From contig CAVWIK010000002.1 of NCBI GenBank assembly GCA_963755115.1, positions 1,732,656 through 1,796,655 of the forward strand: 64,000 nucleotides of DNA, in the 5' to 3' direction. The position numbers were made by a program, and so were the translations under genes. The notes under the pieces are model-generated. The model ran no database searches and had not been told where the DNA came from. It saw nothing but the letters and a program-made list of their open reading frames with translations. Of this stretch, positions 27,579 to 38,313 are shown one piece after another (position 1 is the first letter of the stretch; the number at the start of each line of letters is the position of its first letter). This DNA comes from an uncultured Chloroflexia bacterium. GTDB lineage: Bacteria; Chloroflexota; Limnocylindria; Limnocylindrales; CSP1-4.

Positions 27579-28827
27579 ATGATGTGCGCCCGCGTCCGGG
27601 CCCCTACGCTTCCGGACGTGACGACACGCCTCCGCGCGCGGCAATCCGTGATCCCGTGGCTCGTCGACGCCACGATCGCTCTGGGTCTGGCGGCGCTGTC
27701 CCTGCTCGCCGTCGCGAGCGGCTCGGCCGACGCCGGTCAGAGCGACCCCCTCAGCATCGCGTTCCTCCTGCTCGAGACCCTGCCGCTCATCGTCCGCCGC
27801 CGCTGGCCGATCCCGGTGCTCGTCGTGACCCTCGCCGCCACCGCCATCCACGCATCCCTGGTCCAGGGGCAGGTGGTCAACGAGAGCCTCGGGGCGCTCG
27901 TGGCGCTCTTCACCGTCGCCGAGCGCTACCCCCGGCGCGTCGCGATCGTCGCGGCGTTGGTCGTCGCAGCGACGTTCCTGGCCGTCATCGTGGGCAAGGC
28001 CGGGACGCAGGTGGCGATCGCCGGGACCATCCAGACGATGCTGTCCGTCGGCATCGTGCTCGCGCTCGGGGACTGGGCCCGGACGCGACGCCAGTACGCC
28101 GCGGCGATCGAGGAGAACGCGAGGCTCCAGGAGTCGGAACGCGAGGAGCGATCGCGCCGGGCCGTCGAGGAGGAGCGCGAGCGGATCGCCCGTGAGCTGC
28201 ACGACATCGTGACGCACCATGTGAGCGTGATCGTCATCCAGGCCGGGGCCGGCTTGACCGCGCTCGACCGGCGACCGGAGCGCGCCCGCACGGCGCTCGA
28301 GGCCATCGATCGGACGAGCCGCGAGGCCCTGACCGACATGCGGCGCATGCTCGGGATCCTGGGCGACGCGCCGGGGACCCCAGGCGCGTCGACCGGGGCT
28401 GATGAAGCGCGGGCGCCCATGCCTCGCCTCGATGGACTGGGCGAGCTCATCGAGGCGGTCCGGGCCGCCGGCCTCCCGGTCGAACTGTCCCTCGACGGCG
28501 TCCGCCGCCCGCTCGACGCCGGCGTCGAGCTGTCCGCCTATCGGATCGTCCAGGAGGCCCTGACCAACGCGCTCAAGCACGCTCGTGGCGCCCGAGCCCG
28601 GGTCCGACTCGCCTACGAACCCCGGGCGATCGAGATCGAGGTGACCGACCAGGGTGGGGGAGGTGGGCGCGACCTCGGGGAGGCCGCCAGCGGCGGCCGT
28701 GGCCTGATCGGGATGCGCGAGCGCGTGGCCCTCTACGGCGGTGCACTTCGAGGCCGGCCCGACGCCGACCGGCTTCCGGGTCCATGCCCGCCTGCCGATC
28801 GACCCTGAGCCGGCGGTCAGCGCATGA
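27579..28827 (+). pseudogene. sensor histidine kinase (DesK/LiaS, HisKA_3 type), frame break near 28738-28748
   Basis: Four to five TM helices, the H-box ERERIARELHDIVTHH and HATPase motifs. The last 25 aa read correctly only in another frame (...FEAGPTPTGFRVHARLPIDPEPAVSA). That frame stops at 28825-28827 and overlaps the regulator's ATG. Confidence 0.75.
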
Positions 28828-29524
28828 GCGGCGCGATCCGGGTGATCCTGGTCGACGACCAGGCGCTCGTGCGGACCGGCTTCCGGATGATCCTCGAGGA
28901 CGAGCCCGGCATCGAGGTGGTCGGGGAGGCCGGCGACGGCAAGGCGGTGTCGAGGCCGCGGAGCGGCTCCACCCCGACGTCGTGGTGATGGACATCCGGA
29001 TGCCGGTCCTCGACGGCATCGAGGCGACGCGCAGGATCGTCCGCGACGAGGCCGCCCCGAACGCGCGGGTCCTCATCCTGACCACGTTCGATGCCGACGA
29101 GAACGTCGTCGAGGCCCTGCGTGCCGGGGCCAGCGGGTTCCTGCTCAAGGACGTGACCCCGGCCGACTTCGTCGTCGCGATCAAGACGATCGCCGATGGC
29201 GACGCGCTCCTGGCCCCGGCAGTCACGCGGCGCCTGCTCGACCGGTATGCGGACCGCCTGCCGCCCGTCAACGACGAGCGCAACGCGGCGCTCCGCGACC
29301 TGACCGAGCGCGAGGTCGAGGTCCTCAAGCTCGTCGGGCGCGGTCTCTCGAACCGCGAGATCGCCGACCGGCTCGTCCTGGCCGAACCCACGGTCAAGAC
29401 GCACGTCTCGCACGTGTTCGACAAGCTCGAGCTGCGCGACCGGGCGCAGGCGGTCGTGCTCGCCTACGAGGCGGGGCTCATCCGACCCGGCTCGGTACCA
29501 GACCCGACCGATACCACGGGATGA
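28824..29524 (+). pseudogene. NarL/LuxR-family response regulator, frame break near 28945-28952
   Basis: MSGAIRVILVDDQALVRTGFRMILEDEPGIEVVGEAGDGKA is in one frame. EAAERLHPDVVVMDIRMP...LTEREVEVLKLVGRGLSNREIA is in the 28784 ORF frame. Confidence 0.75.
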
Positions 29525-29654
29525 GCTGACCGCCCGGAACCGACCCCTGCGGCGTCCGGACTTCGAGACCCTGGACCGACGACGGCGACGAGCTCGAAGG
29601 CGAACCTGATGTCACCGCGAACGGCCCGTTCGCACGACACAGGAGATCACCACG

Positions 29655-30614
29655 ATGACCCTCGACTCGGCCATCTCGATGGCCGGCCTCACCAAGCACT
29701 ATCCGGGCGTGGCGGCATTGACCGACCTCAGCCTGGACGTCCCGGCAGGTTCCATCTACGGCTTCCTCGGGCCCAACGGCGCCGGGAAGTCGACCACCAT
29801 CAAGATGCTGGCCGGGCTCACCCGACCCACCAGCGGCAGCGCGTCGGTCGCGGGGATCCCCGTGGTCGCCGGGCCGGGCTACCGACGCGAGGTCGGCTAC
29901 CTCGCCCAGGAGCCCCGCTTCTACGACTGGATGACCGGTCGCGAGACGCTCGGCTTCGTCGCCTCCCTGTATCCGGCCACGGACCGTGCGGATGCGGCCA
30001 AGGTCGCCGCCGTGCTCGCCCGGGTCGGCCTCGCCGACGCGGCGGACCGGCGGACCTCCACCTACTCCGGCGGGATGCGGCAGCGGCTCGGCATCGCCCA
30101 GGCGCTCATCGGCTCGCCGGCCGTCCTCCTCCTCGACGAGCCCGTCAGCGCCCTCGACCCGATCGGCCGCCACGAGGTCCTCGACCTGATGCGCGAGCTC
30201 CGGGGCGAGGTCACGGTGTTCTACTCGACCCACATCCTCGACGACGTCGAGCGCGTCAGCGACCACGTCGCGATCCTCGATGGCGGGCGGCTCGTCCGCT
30301 CCGCCCCGACCGCCGAGCTCCTCGCGAGCTTCGACCAGGACCAGCTCCGCGTCGTGATCGGCGGCGCCGATGACGCGACCGCTGTCGCGATGGCATCGAT
30401 CCCCGGCGTCACCTCGGTCGAACCGGCCGAGCGCACCGCCGATCTCCGCAGCTACGTCGTCCGGATCGCGCCGGGCGCCACCGCCACCGTCCAGGCCGCG
30501 ATCACCCGGTTCGCCGCCGACCACGGGCAGACCGTCACCGAGAACCACGTCGTCCGCCTCGGGCTGGAAGACGTCTTCCTTCGCCTCGTCAACACCAAGG
30601 AGCGTGCAGCATGA
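29655..30614 (+). CDS. ABC transporter ATP-binding protein
   Basis: Walker A GPNGAGKST, signature YSGGMRQR and Walker B LLLDEP. Confidence 0.9.
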   Translation: MTLDSAISMAGLTKHYPGVAALTDLSLDVPAGSIYGFLGPNGAGKSTTIKMLAGLTRPTSGSASVAGIPVVAGPGYRREVGYLAQEPRFYDWMTGRETLGFVASLYPATDRADAAKVAAVLARVGLADAADRRTSTYSGGMRQRLGIAQALIGSPAVLLLDEPVSALDPIGRHEVLDLMRELRGEVTVFYSTHILDDVERVSDHVAILDGGRLVRSAPTAELLASFDQDQLRVVIGGADDATAVAMASIPGVTSVEPAERTADLRSYVVRIAPGATATVQAAITRFAADHGQTVTENHVVRLGLEDVFLRLVNTKERAA

Positions 30615-31423
30615 CCGCCTCGATCTCTCTTCCCGCCCGGACATCCCGGATCCCCGCCGACCGGCTCGCCGGCTTCGGACCCCTGTTCCGCAAGGAGCTG
30701 CTCGAATGGGCGCACAGCAAGCGCCCGTGGGTCATCGTCGCGGTCACGACCGCCTTCATGACCCTGACCGCGGCGAACGCGGCGATCAACACCTGGATCA
30801 TCGCCAACATCCCGGACGCGACGACATCGGCGGGAGCGATCTCGCTCGATCCGATGACGAACTTCCTGGGGGCGGTCTCGTCCCAGATCTTCGTCATGGT
30901 TGCGATCTTCGCGGCCATGAGCCTGCTCGTCGCCGAGCGCGAGCGGGGGACCCTCTCCTGGGTCGCGTCCAAGCCGGTCTCGCGCGGGGCGATCTGGCTG
31001 TCCAAGTGGGCCGCCGCCGCGATCGTCGTCTCGATCTTCGCGGGCATCATCCCGATGGCGGCGACCTTCGGCCTGGTGGCCGTGCTCTACGGCTCGGCCG
31101 GCGTCGCGACGTTCGCGTTCGCGGCGGTCGGGGTCGTGGCCGCGATCGCGTTCATGATCGCCGTCGTCCTCGCGGTCTCGACGGTCATCCCGAACCAGGC
31201 CGCCGTCGCGGCGATCGGGTTCGCCGTCTTCTTCCTGCCGCAGATCCTGGTGAGCCTGGTGCCGGTCGACATCTCGCCGTTCCTGCCGACCTCGATCATG
31301 GGCTGGGCGATGGGCCTGGCGATCGGGGCCGACGCGGGCGTCATCACCCCGATCGTCTGGGCCGCGTCGATCATCGGGCTGGCGGGGTTCGCCTCGTGGC
31401 GGATGGAGCGCATCGAGTTCTAG
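30611..31423 (+). CDS. ABC-2 type transporter permease
   Basis: ATGA overlap with the ATPase gene. Six hydrophobic helices. Confidence 0.8.
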   Translation: MTASISLPARTSRIPADRLAGFGPLFRKELLEWAHSKRPWVIVAVTTAFMTLTAANAAINTWIIANIPDATTSAGAISLDPMTNFLGAVSSQIFVMVAIFAAMSLLVAERERGTLSWVASKPVSRGAIWLSKWAAAAIVVSIFAGIIPMAATFGLVAVLYGSAGVATFAFAAVGVVAAIAFMIAVVLAVSTVIPNQAAVAAIGFAVFFLPQILVSLVPVDISPFLPTSIMGWAMGLAIGADAGVITPIVWAASIIGLAGFASWRMERIEF

Positions 31424-31500
31424 TCGCGGGGCTCACGGCCTCCTCGGATCGCACGGCGCCCGGTCGACTCGTTCGGCCGGGCGCTTCGCGTTCGTCGAGC

Positions 31501-32475
31501 TCAGTGGGCAGGGACGGGTCGGACCAGCCGCAGGAGCTCGCCGACCGTGGCGATCTGTTCCGGGGTGCGATAGATCGCGTTGTTGAAGGTGAACCCGGTG
31601 AACCCGGCATCGATGTACTGCCCGAGGGCGTCGACGACCTGCTCGGGCGTGCCGGCGACCACGTGCGCGCGACGCTCCGGCGGCAGGTATTCGACGAACG
31701 CCTTGGCGTCGGCCTCGCTGGGCATCACGATGACCGGCGCCCCGATGGTCCGCTCGATCGTCGAGGGGTCCCGGCCGATCTCCTCGCAGTAGCGGACGAG
31801 CAGCTCGTCCTTGTGGCGCAGCGCATCGAGGCCGAGCGCGAACCAGTGCGTCAGGTCCGCGTACTTGGCGGCGATGCGGAGCGTCCGCTGCTCACCGCCG
31901 CCGCCCACGAGGATGGGCGGGCCGCCAGCCTGGATCGGTCGCGGGCTGTTGAGGGCTTCATGGATGCGGTAGTGCCGGCCCTGGAAGCTCGGTCGCTCCT
32001 CGGTGAACATGAGCTTCGCGATCGTCAGCGCCTCCTCGAGGCGATCCATCCGCTCCTTCACCGGCGGGAAGTCGATCCCGTAGCCGATGTGCTCCTCCTC
32101 GTTCCAGGCGGCGCCGATGCCCAGGAAGGCCCGACCGCAGGACAGCACGTCCAGCGTCGTGACCTGCTTGGCGAGCATCGCCGGGTTGCGATAGGTGACC
32201 CCGGTCACGAGCGTTCCGAGGCGGACCGTCGCGGTCTCGCGGGCCAGTGCCGAGAGGACCGACCACCCCTCGAGCATCGGTTCGGCGGTCGAGCCCATGC
32301 CCGGGATCTGGTAGAGGTGGTCCATCACGGTGACGAGCTCGAAGCCGGCCGTCTCGGCGGCCTTGGCCTGCTCGACGACGCGATCGAAGAGTTGATCCGG
32401 CGGGACGTCCGGGTGGCTATAGCTGGGGAGGTGGAGACCGAACCAGGGGTGGCGCGAGGCCGTCGCAGTCGTCAT
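31501..32475 (-). CDS. LLM-class F420-dependent oxidoreductase (Rv1855c-like)
   Basis: 324 aa. Contains FGLHLPSY, VMDHLYQIPG and FLGIGAAWNEEEH. Confidence 0.8.
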   Translation of the reverse strand: MTTATASRHPWFGLHLPSYSHPDVPPDQLFDRVVEQAKAAETAGFELVTVMDHLYQIPGMGSTAEPMLEGWSVLSALARETATVRLGTLVTGVTYRNPAMLAKQVTTLDVLSCGRAFLGIGAAWNEEEHIGYGIDFPPVKERMDRLEEALTIAKLMFTEERPSFQGRHYRIHEALNSPRPIQAGGPPILVGGGGEQRTLRIAAKYADLTHWFALGLDALRHKDELLVRYCEEIGRDPSTIERTIGAPVIVMPSEADAKAFVEYLPPERRAHVVAGTPEQVVDALGQYIDAGFTGFTFNNAIYRTPEQIATVGELLRLVRPVPAH

Positions 32476-32530
32476 CGCGGAATCATGCTCCGATCGGCCG
32501 GATGACGCGCGGCCGGGGCCCGTGGCTCGG

Positions 32531-33647
32531 CTACGGGGGCGCGAGCAGGGGCCGGTAGTGGGCGCGGAACGTCGCGTGACCGGCCACGCCCATGACGGCG
32601 CGGCGCAGGGCCGGATGCATGTACCGGAGCCGGTCGCGGCGACGGGTCATGTGCTGGACGTGCGCAACCCGCGCCGTCCGGCGCTGCACGTAGGCCGACA
32701 GGGCCTGAGCGACATCGCCGCCCGAGGAGGAGAGGCAGTCGGCCAGGACGAGCGTGTCCTCGATCGCGAGCGAGGCGCCCTCCGCCATATTGGGCGCCGT
32801 CGCGTGCGCCGCATCGCCGATGAGGACCACCCGGCCCTTCGTCCAGGCCGGCGGCGACACCTCCTCGAACGGCGAGAACCACAGCTCGTCCGACGATCGA
32901 AGGCGACCGAGCAGCGACGGGACCGGCTCCGGGTAGCCATCGAACAAGCGCTTGAACGCCTCGAGGTCGCCGCCTGTCGGGTCCGTACCGTCCACCGAGC
33001 GGATGTCGCCGACGCCATAGACCCGGTCGCCGCCGATGCCGAGGGCCAGGAACCCACGGTCGCGACCGAGCCACGCGTTCCAGCCGTCGATGCCGGGGTG
33101 GCCGTCGACCACGAACCGCCAGCCCACCTGGCCGGCCAGGCGCGCATCCGGCCCGCCGAACACCGGTCTGGCGCGTGTTGGAGTGGACCCCATCCGCCCC
33201 GATCACGAGGTCGTAGGTCGAGGACGACCCGTCATCGAAGGCGACGCGGACGGCGTCGGGGCCGTCGTCGAGGGACGTGACGGTCACGCCGAACCTGATC
33301 GGCACGCCGGCCGCCCCGTCCGCCAGGATCCGATGCAGCGCTTCGCGATGGAGCGCGATCGGCGGCGCGACGTCCCGCCAGAGCCCGGCCTCGTCGAAGT
33401 CGATGAGCCGGCGACCCCGGTCGTCGGAGAGCCGCCGCCGTCCGACGATCGCGCCCTGATCGGCGACGGCTTCCGCCAGTCCGAGCCGACCCAGCGCGGC
33501 CATCCCGTTCCCGGGCAGGTAGATCCCGGCCCCGACGATCCTTGCGGTCGTCGTGCGCTCCACGATCTCGCAGTCGAGCCCGGCCTGCCGGCCCGCGCGA
33601 GCCATCGCCAACCCACCGATACCGCCGCCGACGATCAGGATCCGCAT
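32531..33647 (-). pseudogene. FAD-dependent monooxygenase (UbiH/PHBH-type), frame break near 33165-33185
   Basis: MRILIVGGGIGGLAMA...LVIGADGVHS is in one frame. ...RVVLIGDAAHATAPNMAEGASLAIED is in ORF 32531-33193. Confidence 0.75.
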
Positions 33648-33696
33648 CGCCGGCCGATGCTACCCGCCGGCCGTCACGGCGGCGCCGTTGCGGCGA

Positions 33697-34164
33697 TCAG
33701 CGTGGGTGGAGCTCGAAGACCGCTCGGCCCTCGGCTGCTTCGAGCGGATGGTCGAGATCGGTTCCGTCGATGGTGCGGACGAACCACATCCCGAACCGCA
33801 TGTCATGCGCGACCGGCCCGAGGACATCGCGGAAGAAATCCACCCGCTGCGGCCGGTCCAGCTCCGTGACGGCGACGTCCTCGCTCCGGCCCCGAACCGT
33901 GATGGTCGCGCGGCCGGCGGCCCGAAGGTTGCGGACCCAGTTGACATCGCCCCATGGGGACCAGACCCAACGCCTGCCGGCGACGTAGATGATCGCCACG
34001 GGCGTGGAGCGGGGAAGACCGGTCTTCCGGCCGGGAACCGTGAGGAGCCCGTTGGGGCCCAGCGGGACACCGGCGGCCAGCAGCCGGCTGGCGACCGGGT
34101 TGAGGAACGTGACCCAGCGGGGAGCGCCGGACGCGCCGGGCGCACTGACGACCTGTTCGTTCAT
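33697..34164 (-). CDS. nitroreductase-family deazaflavin (F420H2)-dependent oxidoreductase (DDN-like)
   Basis: LLTVPGRKTGLPRSTPVAIIYVAGRRWVWSPWGDVNWVRNLRAAGRATI. Confidence 0.75.
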   Translation of the reverse strand: MNEQVVSAPGASGAPRWVTFLNPVASRLLAAGVPLGPNGLLTVPGRKTGLPRSTPVAIIYVAGRRWVWSPWGDVNWVRNLRAAGRATITVRGRSEDVAVTELDRPQRVDFFRDVLGPVAHDMRFGMWFVRTIDGTDLDHPLEAAEGRAVFELHPR

Positions 34165-34255
34165 CGGGTGACTCCTTCTAGCGTCGATCCATTCCTGGCG
34201 TCACACAGGGGACCCGCAAGAAGGCCAGGACGTGACCGCGGCCGATCGAGCGTGC

Positions 34256-35141
34256 TCAGCTCGCGACGAAGGTGAGGTCCAGCTGGGCCAGCCGGTCCGG
34301 GTCCGCGAGGATGTCGATCGCGACGATGCGGCCGCCCTTGACCGTCAGGGCCAGGACGGCGAACGGACGCCCGTCGGGCGACCACGCGATGCCGCCCGGG
34401 GTGCCGTTGACCAGCACCCGCGACGCCGAGTCGGCGAATCGACGGAAGGTCATCGCCTGCTCGGCGACGGCCTGGGAGCCGTGGACCAGCGACATCAGGG
34501 CCGGACGCGCGAGCCCGCCGTCGGACCGCAGCACGACCTCCGGGTCGAGGATGGCCAGGAGGCGCTCGAAGTCGCCGGCACGCGCCGCCGCCAGGAAGGC
34601 GTTGACGACCGCCCACTGGCCGTCGAGATCGACATCCGGCACGGGCGCACCCTGGACGCGCCGACGGGCACGGCTCGCGAGCTGTCTCGCCGCGGTGGGC
34701 GTGCGACCGACGATCGGCGCGATCTCGTCGAACGGCATGGCGAAGACGTCGTGCAGCACGAAGGCGATGCGCTCGGCGGGCGAGAGCGAATCGAGGACGA
34801 CGAGCATCGCGAGTCCGATCGAGTCGCCCAGCAGGGCCTCCTGCTCGGGATCGACGCCGCCCTGCGGGCTCAGGATGGGATCCGGGAGGTGGGTCTCCAG
34901 CGACGATTCGCGACGCGTGCGGCGCGATCGCAGCATGTTGAGGCAGACGCGTCCGACGACCGTCGTCAGCCAGGCCCGCAGGTTCTCGACGTCGCTCGTG
35001 TCGGTTCGGCTCAGGCGGATCCAGGCCTCCTGGACGGCGTCATCCGCCTCGGTCAGCGGAGCCGAGCATCCGGAAGGCCACCCCGCGCAGGTGGGCGCGG
35101 TCGGCCTCGAAGCGTTCTGCGAGCCAGTCCTGGTCGGTCAT
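34256..35141 (-). pseudogene. ECF sigma factor of the SigJ type (sigma-70 r2/r4 plus SnoaL-like C-terminal domain), frame break near 35054-35062
   Basis: ATG 35141 gives MTDQDWLAERFEADRAHLRGVAFRMLGS. The frame then shifts to LTEADDAVQEAWIRLSRTD...NLRAWLTTVVGRVCLNMLRSRR, which continues as ORF 34256-34936. Confidence 0.75.
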
Positions 35142-35229
35142 GCGTTCACGTTCCTGCGGATCGGTCCGGTGCTGGCTTGACCCGCGAGCGAGCCCTGATG
35201 TGACCGGCTCGTCGGCCTAGAGTGGCGGC

Positions 35230-36003
35230 ATGTTGATCATCGTGCCGCCGTCGGAGTCGAAACGGCCGCCCCCGGATCGCGGCAGCCCGGTCGACCTGCG
35301 CGACCTGTCGTTCCCGGAACTGACCGGCGCGAGGACGCGTGTGCTCGACGCCCTCATCGCCACGAGCGCACGCGCCGACGCATTCGACCGGCTCCAGGTC
35401 CGCCCGTCGAAGGCGGCCGAGGTCGCGCGTAACACGAGGCTGCGCGAGCTGCCGACGCTGCCCGTGCTCGAGGTCTATTCCGGGCCGCTCCACGAGGGGT
35501 TGGGTGCCGCATCGCTCTCGGCGGCCGCGACGGAGCGTGCCGGTCGGAGCCTCGTCATCGCATCCGCGCTGTGGGGCTTGCTCCGGCCAGCGGATCGCAT
35601 CCCGCCGTACCGCCTCCACGTCTGTTCGCGGCTGGCCGACATCGACGGGCTCAAGGCGTTCTGGCGGAGGGCCCTGCGTGATGTCTTCACCGAGACCGCC
35701 GGTCCAGACGGGCTCGTGATCGATCTGCGGTCGCCGAACTACCAGGCGATCGGCATGCCCGGCGGCGCCGGCAACCGAACGGTCACGGTGCGAGTCGCTC
35801 AGGCCGTCGGCGGCCGGCGCATCGGCGACGTCGTCGCGAAGCGTATCCGCGGTCAGGCGGCGCGCCACGTCCTCGAGTCCGGTGCGGATCCCGACGACCC
35901 CGACGCGCTCGCGGAGCTCCTCGCCGAGCGCTGGCCGGTCCGACTCGACGTCCCGGCCCGGCCCGGGCTGACGTCGACGCTGACCCTGACGGCGAGCGAC
36001 TAG
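35230..36003 (+). CDS. yaaA: YaaA-family peroxide stress protein (UPF0246/DUF328)
   Basis: Starts MLIIVPPSESKR and contains VYSGPLHEGL, ASALWGLLRPADRIPPYRL and WRRAL. TAGAGT lies 6 nt upstream of the ATG, so the transcript may be leaderless. Confidence 0.85.
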   Translation: MLIIVPPSESKRPPPDRGSPVDLRDLSFPELTGARTRVLDALIATSARADAFDRLQVRPSKAAEVARNTRLRELPTLPVLEVYSGPLHEGLGAASLSAAATERAGRSLVIASALWGLLRPADRIPPYRLHVCSRLADIDGLKAFWRRALRDVFTETAGPDGLVIDLRSPNYQAIGMPGGAGNRTVTVRVAQAVGGRRIGDVVAKRIRGQAARHVLESGADPDDPDALAELLAERWPVRLDVPARPGLTSTLTLTASD

Positions 36004-36635
36004 CTCCGGTTGAGCAGGTCCTCGAACGGCACGGGATCGGTGAAGGCGTCGCGGGGCGCCGAGGACGGCTGGCTGGCCATCGCCACCGCGAGCTCCGTGG
36101 CGGCCCGCTCGATCCGCTCGACGAGGCTGCCGTCGGTCGCGACCGCGCCCTGGCCCCAGTCCTCGGTCGCCGCGTAGACGCCGGTCGGGACGACCGCCGC
36201 CCGCAGGTACGCGAACAGCGGGCGGATCGCATGCTCGATCGCGAGCGAGTGCCGCGGCGTGCCGCCGGTCGCGGCGATCAGCACGGGCTTGGCCCGGAAC
36301 CCGTCGCGATCGAGGCTGTCGAAGAACAGCTTGAACAGCCCGTTGTACGAGCCGCTGAAGATCGGCGAGACCGCGATGACCCCGTCCGCCGCGAGGACGG
36401 CATCCAGTGCCGCCTGGAGCGACGGGGAGGGGAAGCCCGTCAGCATCTGGTTGGCCAGATCGACGGCGTGGTCCCGCAGCTCGATGACCTCGAGGCGCGG
36501 TTCGACGCCGGCCTCGCGGAGGTGGCGCTCGACGGCGGCCGCCAGCCGATCGCCGAGCAGCCGGCTCGACGACGGCACGGCCAGCCCGGCCGTCACGACG
36601 ACGAGCGACCGGGTCGCAGGGGCGGGGGCGGTCAT
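36000..36635 (-). CDS. NAD(P)H-dependent FMN reductase (CE1759-like partner of the adjacent LLM)
   Basis: MTAPAPATRSLVVVTAGLAVPSSSRLLGDRL...SPIFSGSYNGLFKLFFD. As sequenced it is in frame with the upstream LLM, with no stop between them. Confidence 0.75.
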   Translation of the reverse strand: MTAPAPATRSLVVVTAGLAVPSSSRLLGDRLAAAVERHLREAGVEPRLEVIELRDHAVDLANQMLTGFPSPSLQAALDAVLAADGVIAVSPIFSGSYNGLFKLFFDSLDRDGFRAKPVLIAATGGTPRHSLAIEHAIRPLFAYLRAAVVPTGVYAATEDWGQGAVATDGSLVERIERAATELAVAMASQPSSAPRDAFTDPVPFEDLLNRS

Positions 36636-37770
36636 GCCGGCGTCTGCCGTCAGCGCGGCCGGAGCATCGGCGTCGGCGTCGGCGTCGGCCTCGGCCGCGA
36701 GCCTGGCCGCGACCCGCGGGTGGAGCGGCGGCCCCGCGGGCACGTCCGCGGGACGCAGGGCCTCGAACTCCCGGCGCAGGACCGGCACGACCTCGGAGCC
36801 GAGGATGTCCATCTGCTCGAGCACCGTCTTGAGCGGGAGCCCCGCGTGGTCGGCCAGGAAGAGCTGGCGCTGGTAGTCGCCGGCGAACTCGCGGAAGCCC
36901 AGCGTCCGGTCGATGACCTGCTGCGGGCTGCCGATCGTCATCGGCGTCTGGGCCATGTAGTCCTCGAGCGACATCGCGCCGCCGTAGACCGGGGCGTGGT
37001 CGAAGTAGGGCCGGAACTCGCGGATCGCGTCCTGGCTGTTCTTGCGCATGAACACGTGCCCGCCCGAGACCGACGATCGCCTGGTTCGCCGGGCCGTGGC
37101 CGTAGTGCTCGAACCGGCGCCGGTAGAGCTCGACCATCCGCTGGACGTGGCTGCTCGGCCAGAAGATGTTGTTGTGGAAGAAGCCGTCGCCGTAGTACGC
37201 GGCCTGCTCGGCGATCTCCGGGCTGCGGATGGAGCCATGCCAGACGAACGGCGGCACGCCGTCGAGCGGGCGCGGCGTGGCGGTGAACCCGGTCAGCGGC
37301 GTCCGGAACTGGCCTTCCCAGTCGACGACGTCCTCGCGCCACAGGCGGCGCAGCAGGTCGTAGTTCTCGACGGCGAGCGGGATCGCGTTGCGCAGGTCCT
37401 GGCCGAACCACGGATAGACCGGCCCCATGTTCCCGCGGCCCATCATCAGGTCGACCCGGCCGTCGGCCAGGTGCTGGAGCATCGCGTAGTCCTCGGCGAT
37501 CTTGACCGGGTCGTTGGTCGTGATCAGCGTCGTCGCGGTCGAGAGCTGCAGGCGCTCGGTCTTGGCGGCGATGTAGCCGAGCAGGGTGGTGGGGGAGGAG
37601 GGGACGAACGGCACGTTGTGGTGCTCGCCGGTGGCGAAGACGTCGAGGCCGATCTCCTCGGCCTTGAGCGCGACCGTGACCATGATCCGGATCCGCTCTT
37701 CCTCGCTGACCGTGTGCCCGGTGGTCGGGTCGGGCGTGACGTCGCCCACCGTGAATACGCCGAATTGCAT
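36636..37770 (-). pseudogene. FMN-dependent luciferase-like monooxygenase (CE1758-like), frame break in a G-run near 37058-37066, read-through into the FMN reductase
   Basis: MQFGVFTVGDVTPDPTTG...NQAIVGLG is in one frame. GHVFMRKNSQDAIREF...LAAEADADADADAPAALTADAG is in the frame of ORF 36000-37238. Confidence 0.7.
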
Positions 37771-37929
37771 TGGTGTCTCGTGTTCCTTGACGGCTACCGT
37801 CGTCCCGGCGACCACGATCCGTGGCCGCATCGTCTGCCAGTATAGACGACAGATGGTTGCGTACGCAACTACCTACCTCGGAACCAGCCCAACCGGAAGC
37901 GAGGGGACCGACTCGGGTAGGCTTTGGGC

Positions 37930-38286
37930 ATGCCACACGTCATCGATTACATCGAATTCGCCGTCGACGACCTCGAGCAGTCGAAGGCCTTCTACGCGAA
38001 GGCGCTCGGCTGGGCATTCAACGATTACGGCCCCGACTACGCGGGCGTCAAGGACCCTGGCGATCCGGAGCATGAGTTCGCCGGGCTGTCGCCGCACACG
38101 CCGCCATCGCGTGGCGAGGGCGTGCTGGCCCTGATCCGCACCGACGACGCCGACGCCGCCCTGGCGAGCGTGCTCGACGCCGGTGGCCGGGTCCGGGTGG
38201 CGATGCATGACTATCCGGGCGGGCGGCGGTTCACGTTCGCGGATCCGTCGGGCAACGTGCTCGGGGTGTACGAGCCGTCCGAGTAG
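37930..38286 (+). CDS. VOC (glyoxalase-fold) family protein
   Basis: MPHVIDYIEFAVDDLEQSKAFYAKALGW...GRRFTFADPSGNVLGVYE. Confidence 0.8.
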   Translation: MPHVIDYIEFAVDDLEQSKAFYAKALGWAFNDYGPDYAGVKDPGDPEHEFAGLSPHTPPSRGEGVLALIRTDDADAALASVLDAGGRVRVAMHDYPGGRRFTFADPSGNVLGVYEPSE

Positions 38287-38313
38287 GGGACGGGCCACGG
38301 GCCTAGTCCCGCG

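Noticed and set aside
35146-37830. 894-aa single ORF
   Set aside because: Only the first ~250 aa (the LLM N-terminus) look like protein. The rest is Arg/Gly/Pro-rich filler that runs antisense over yaaA. The true continuation is in ORF 36000-37238.
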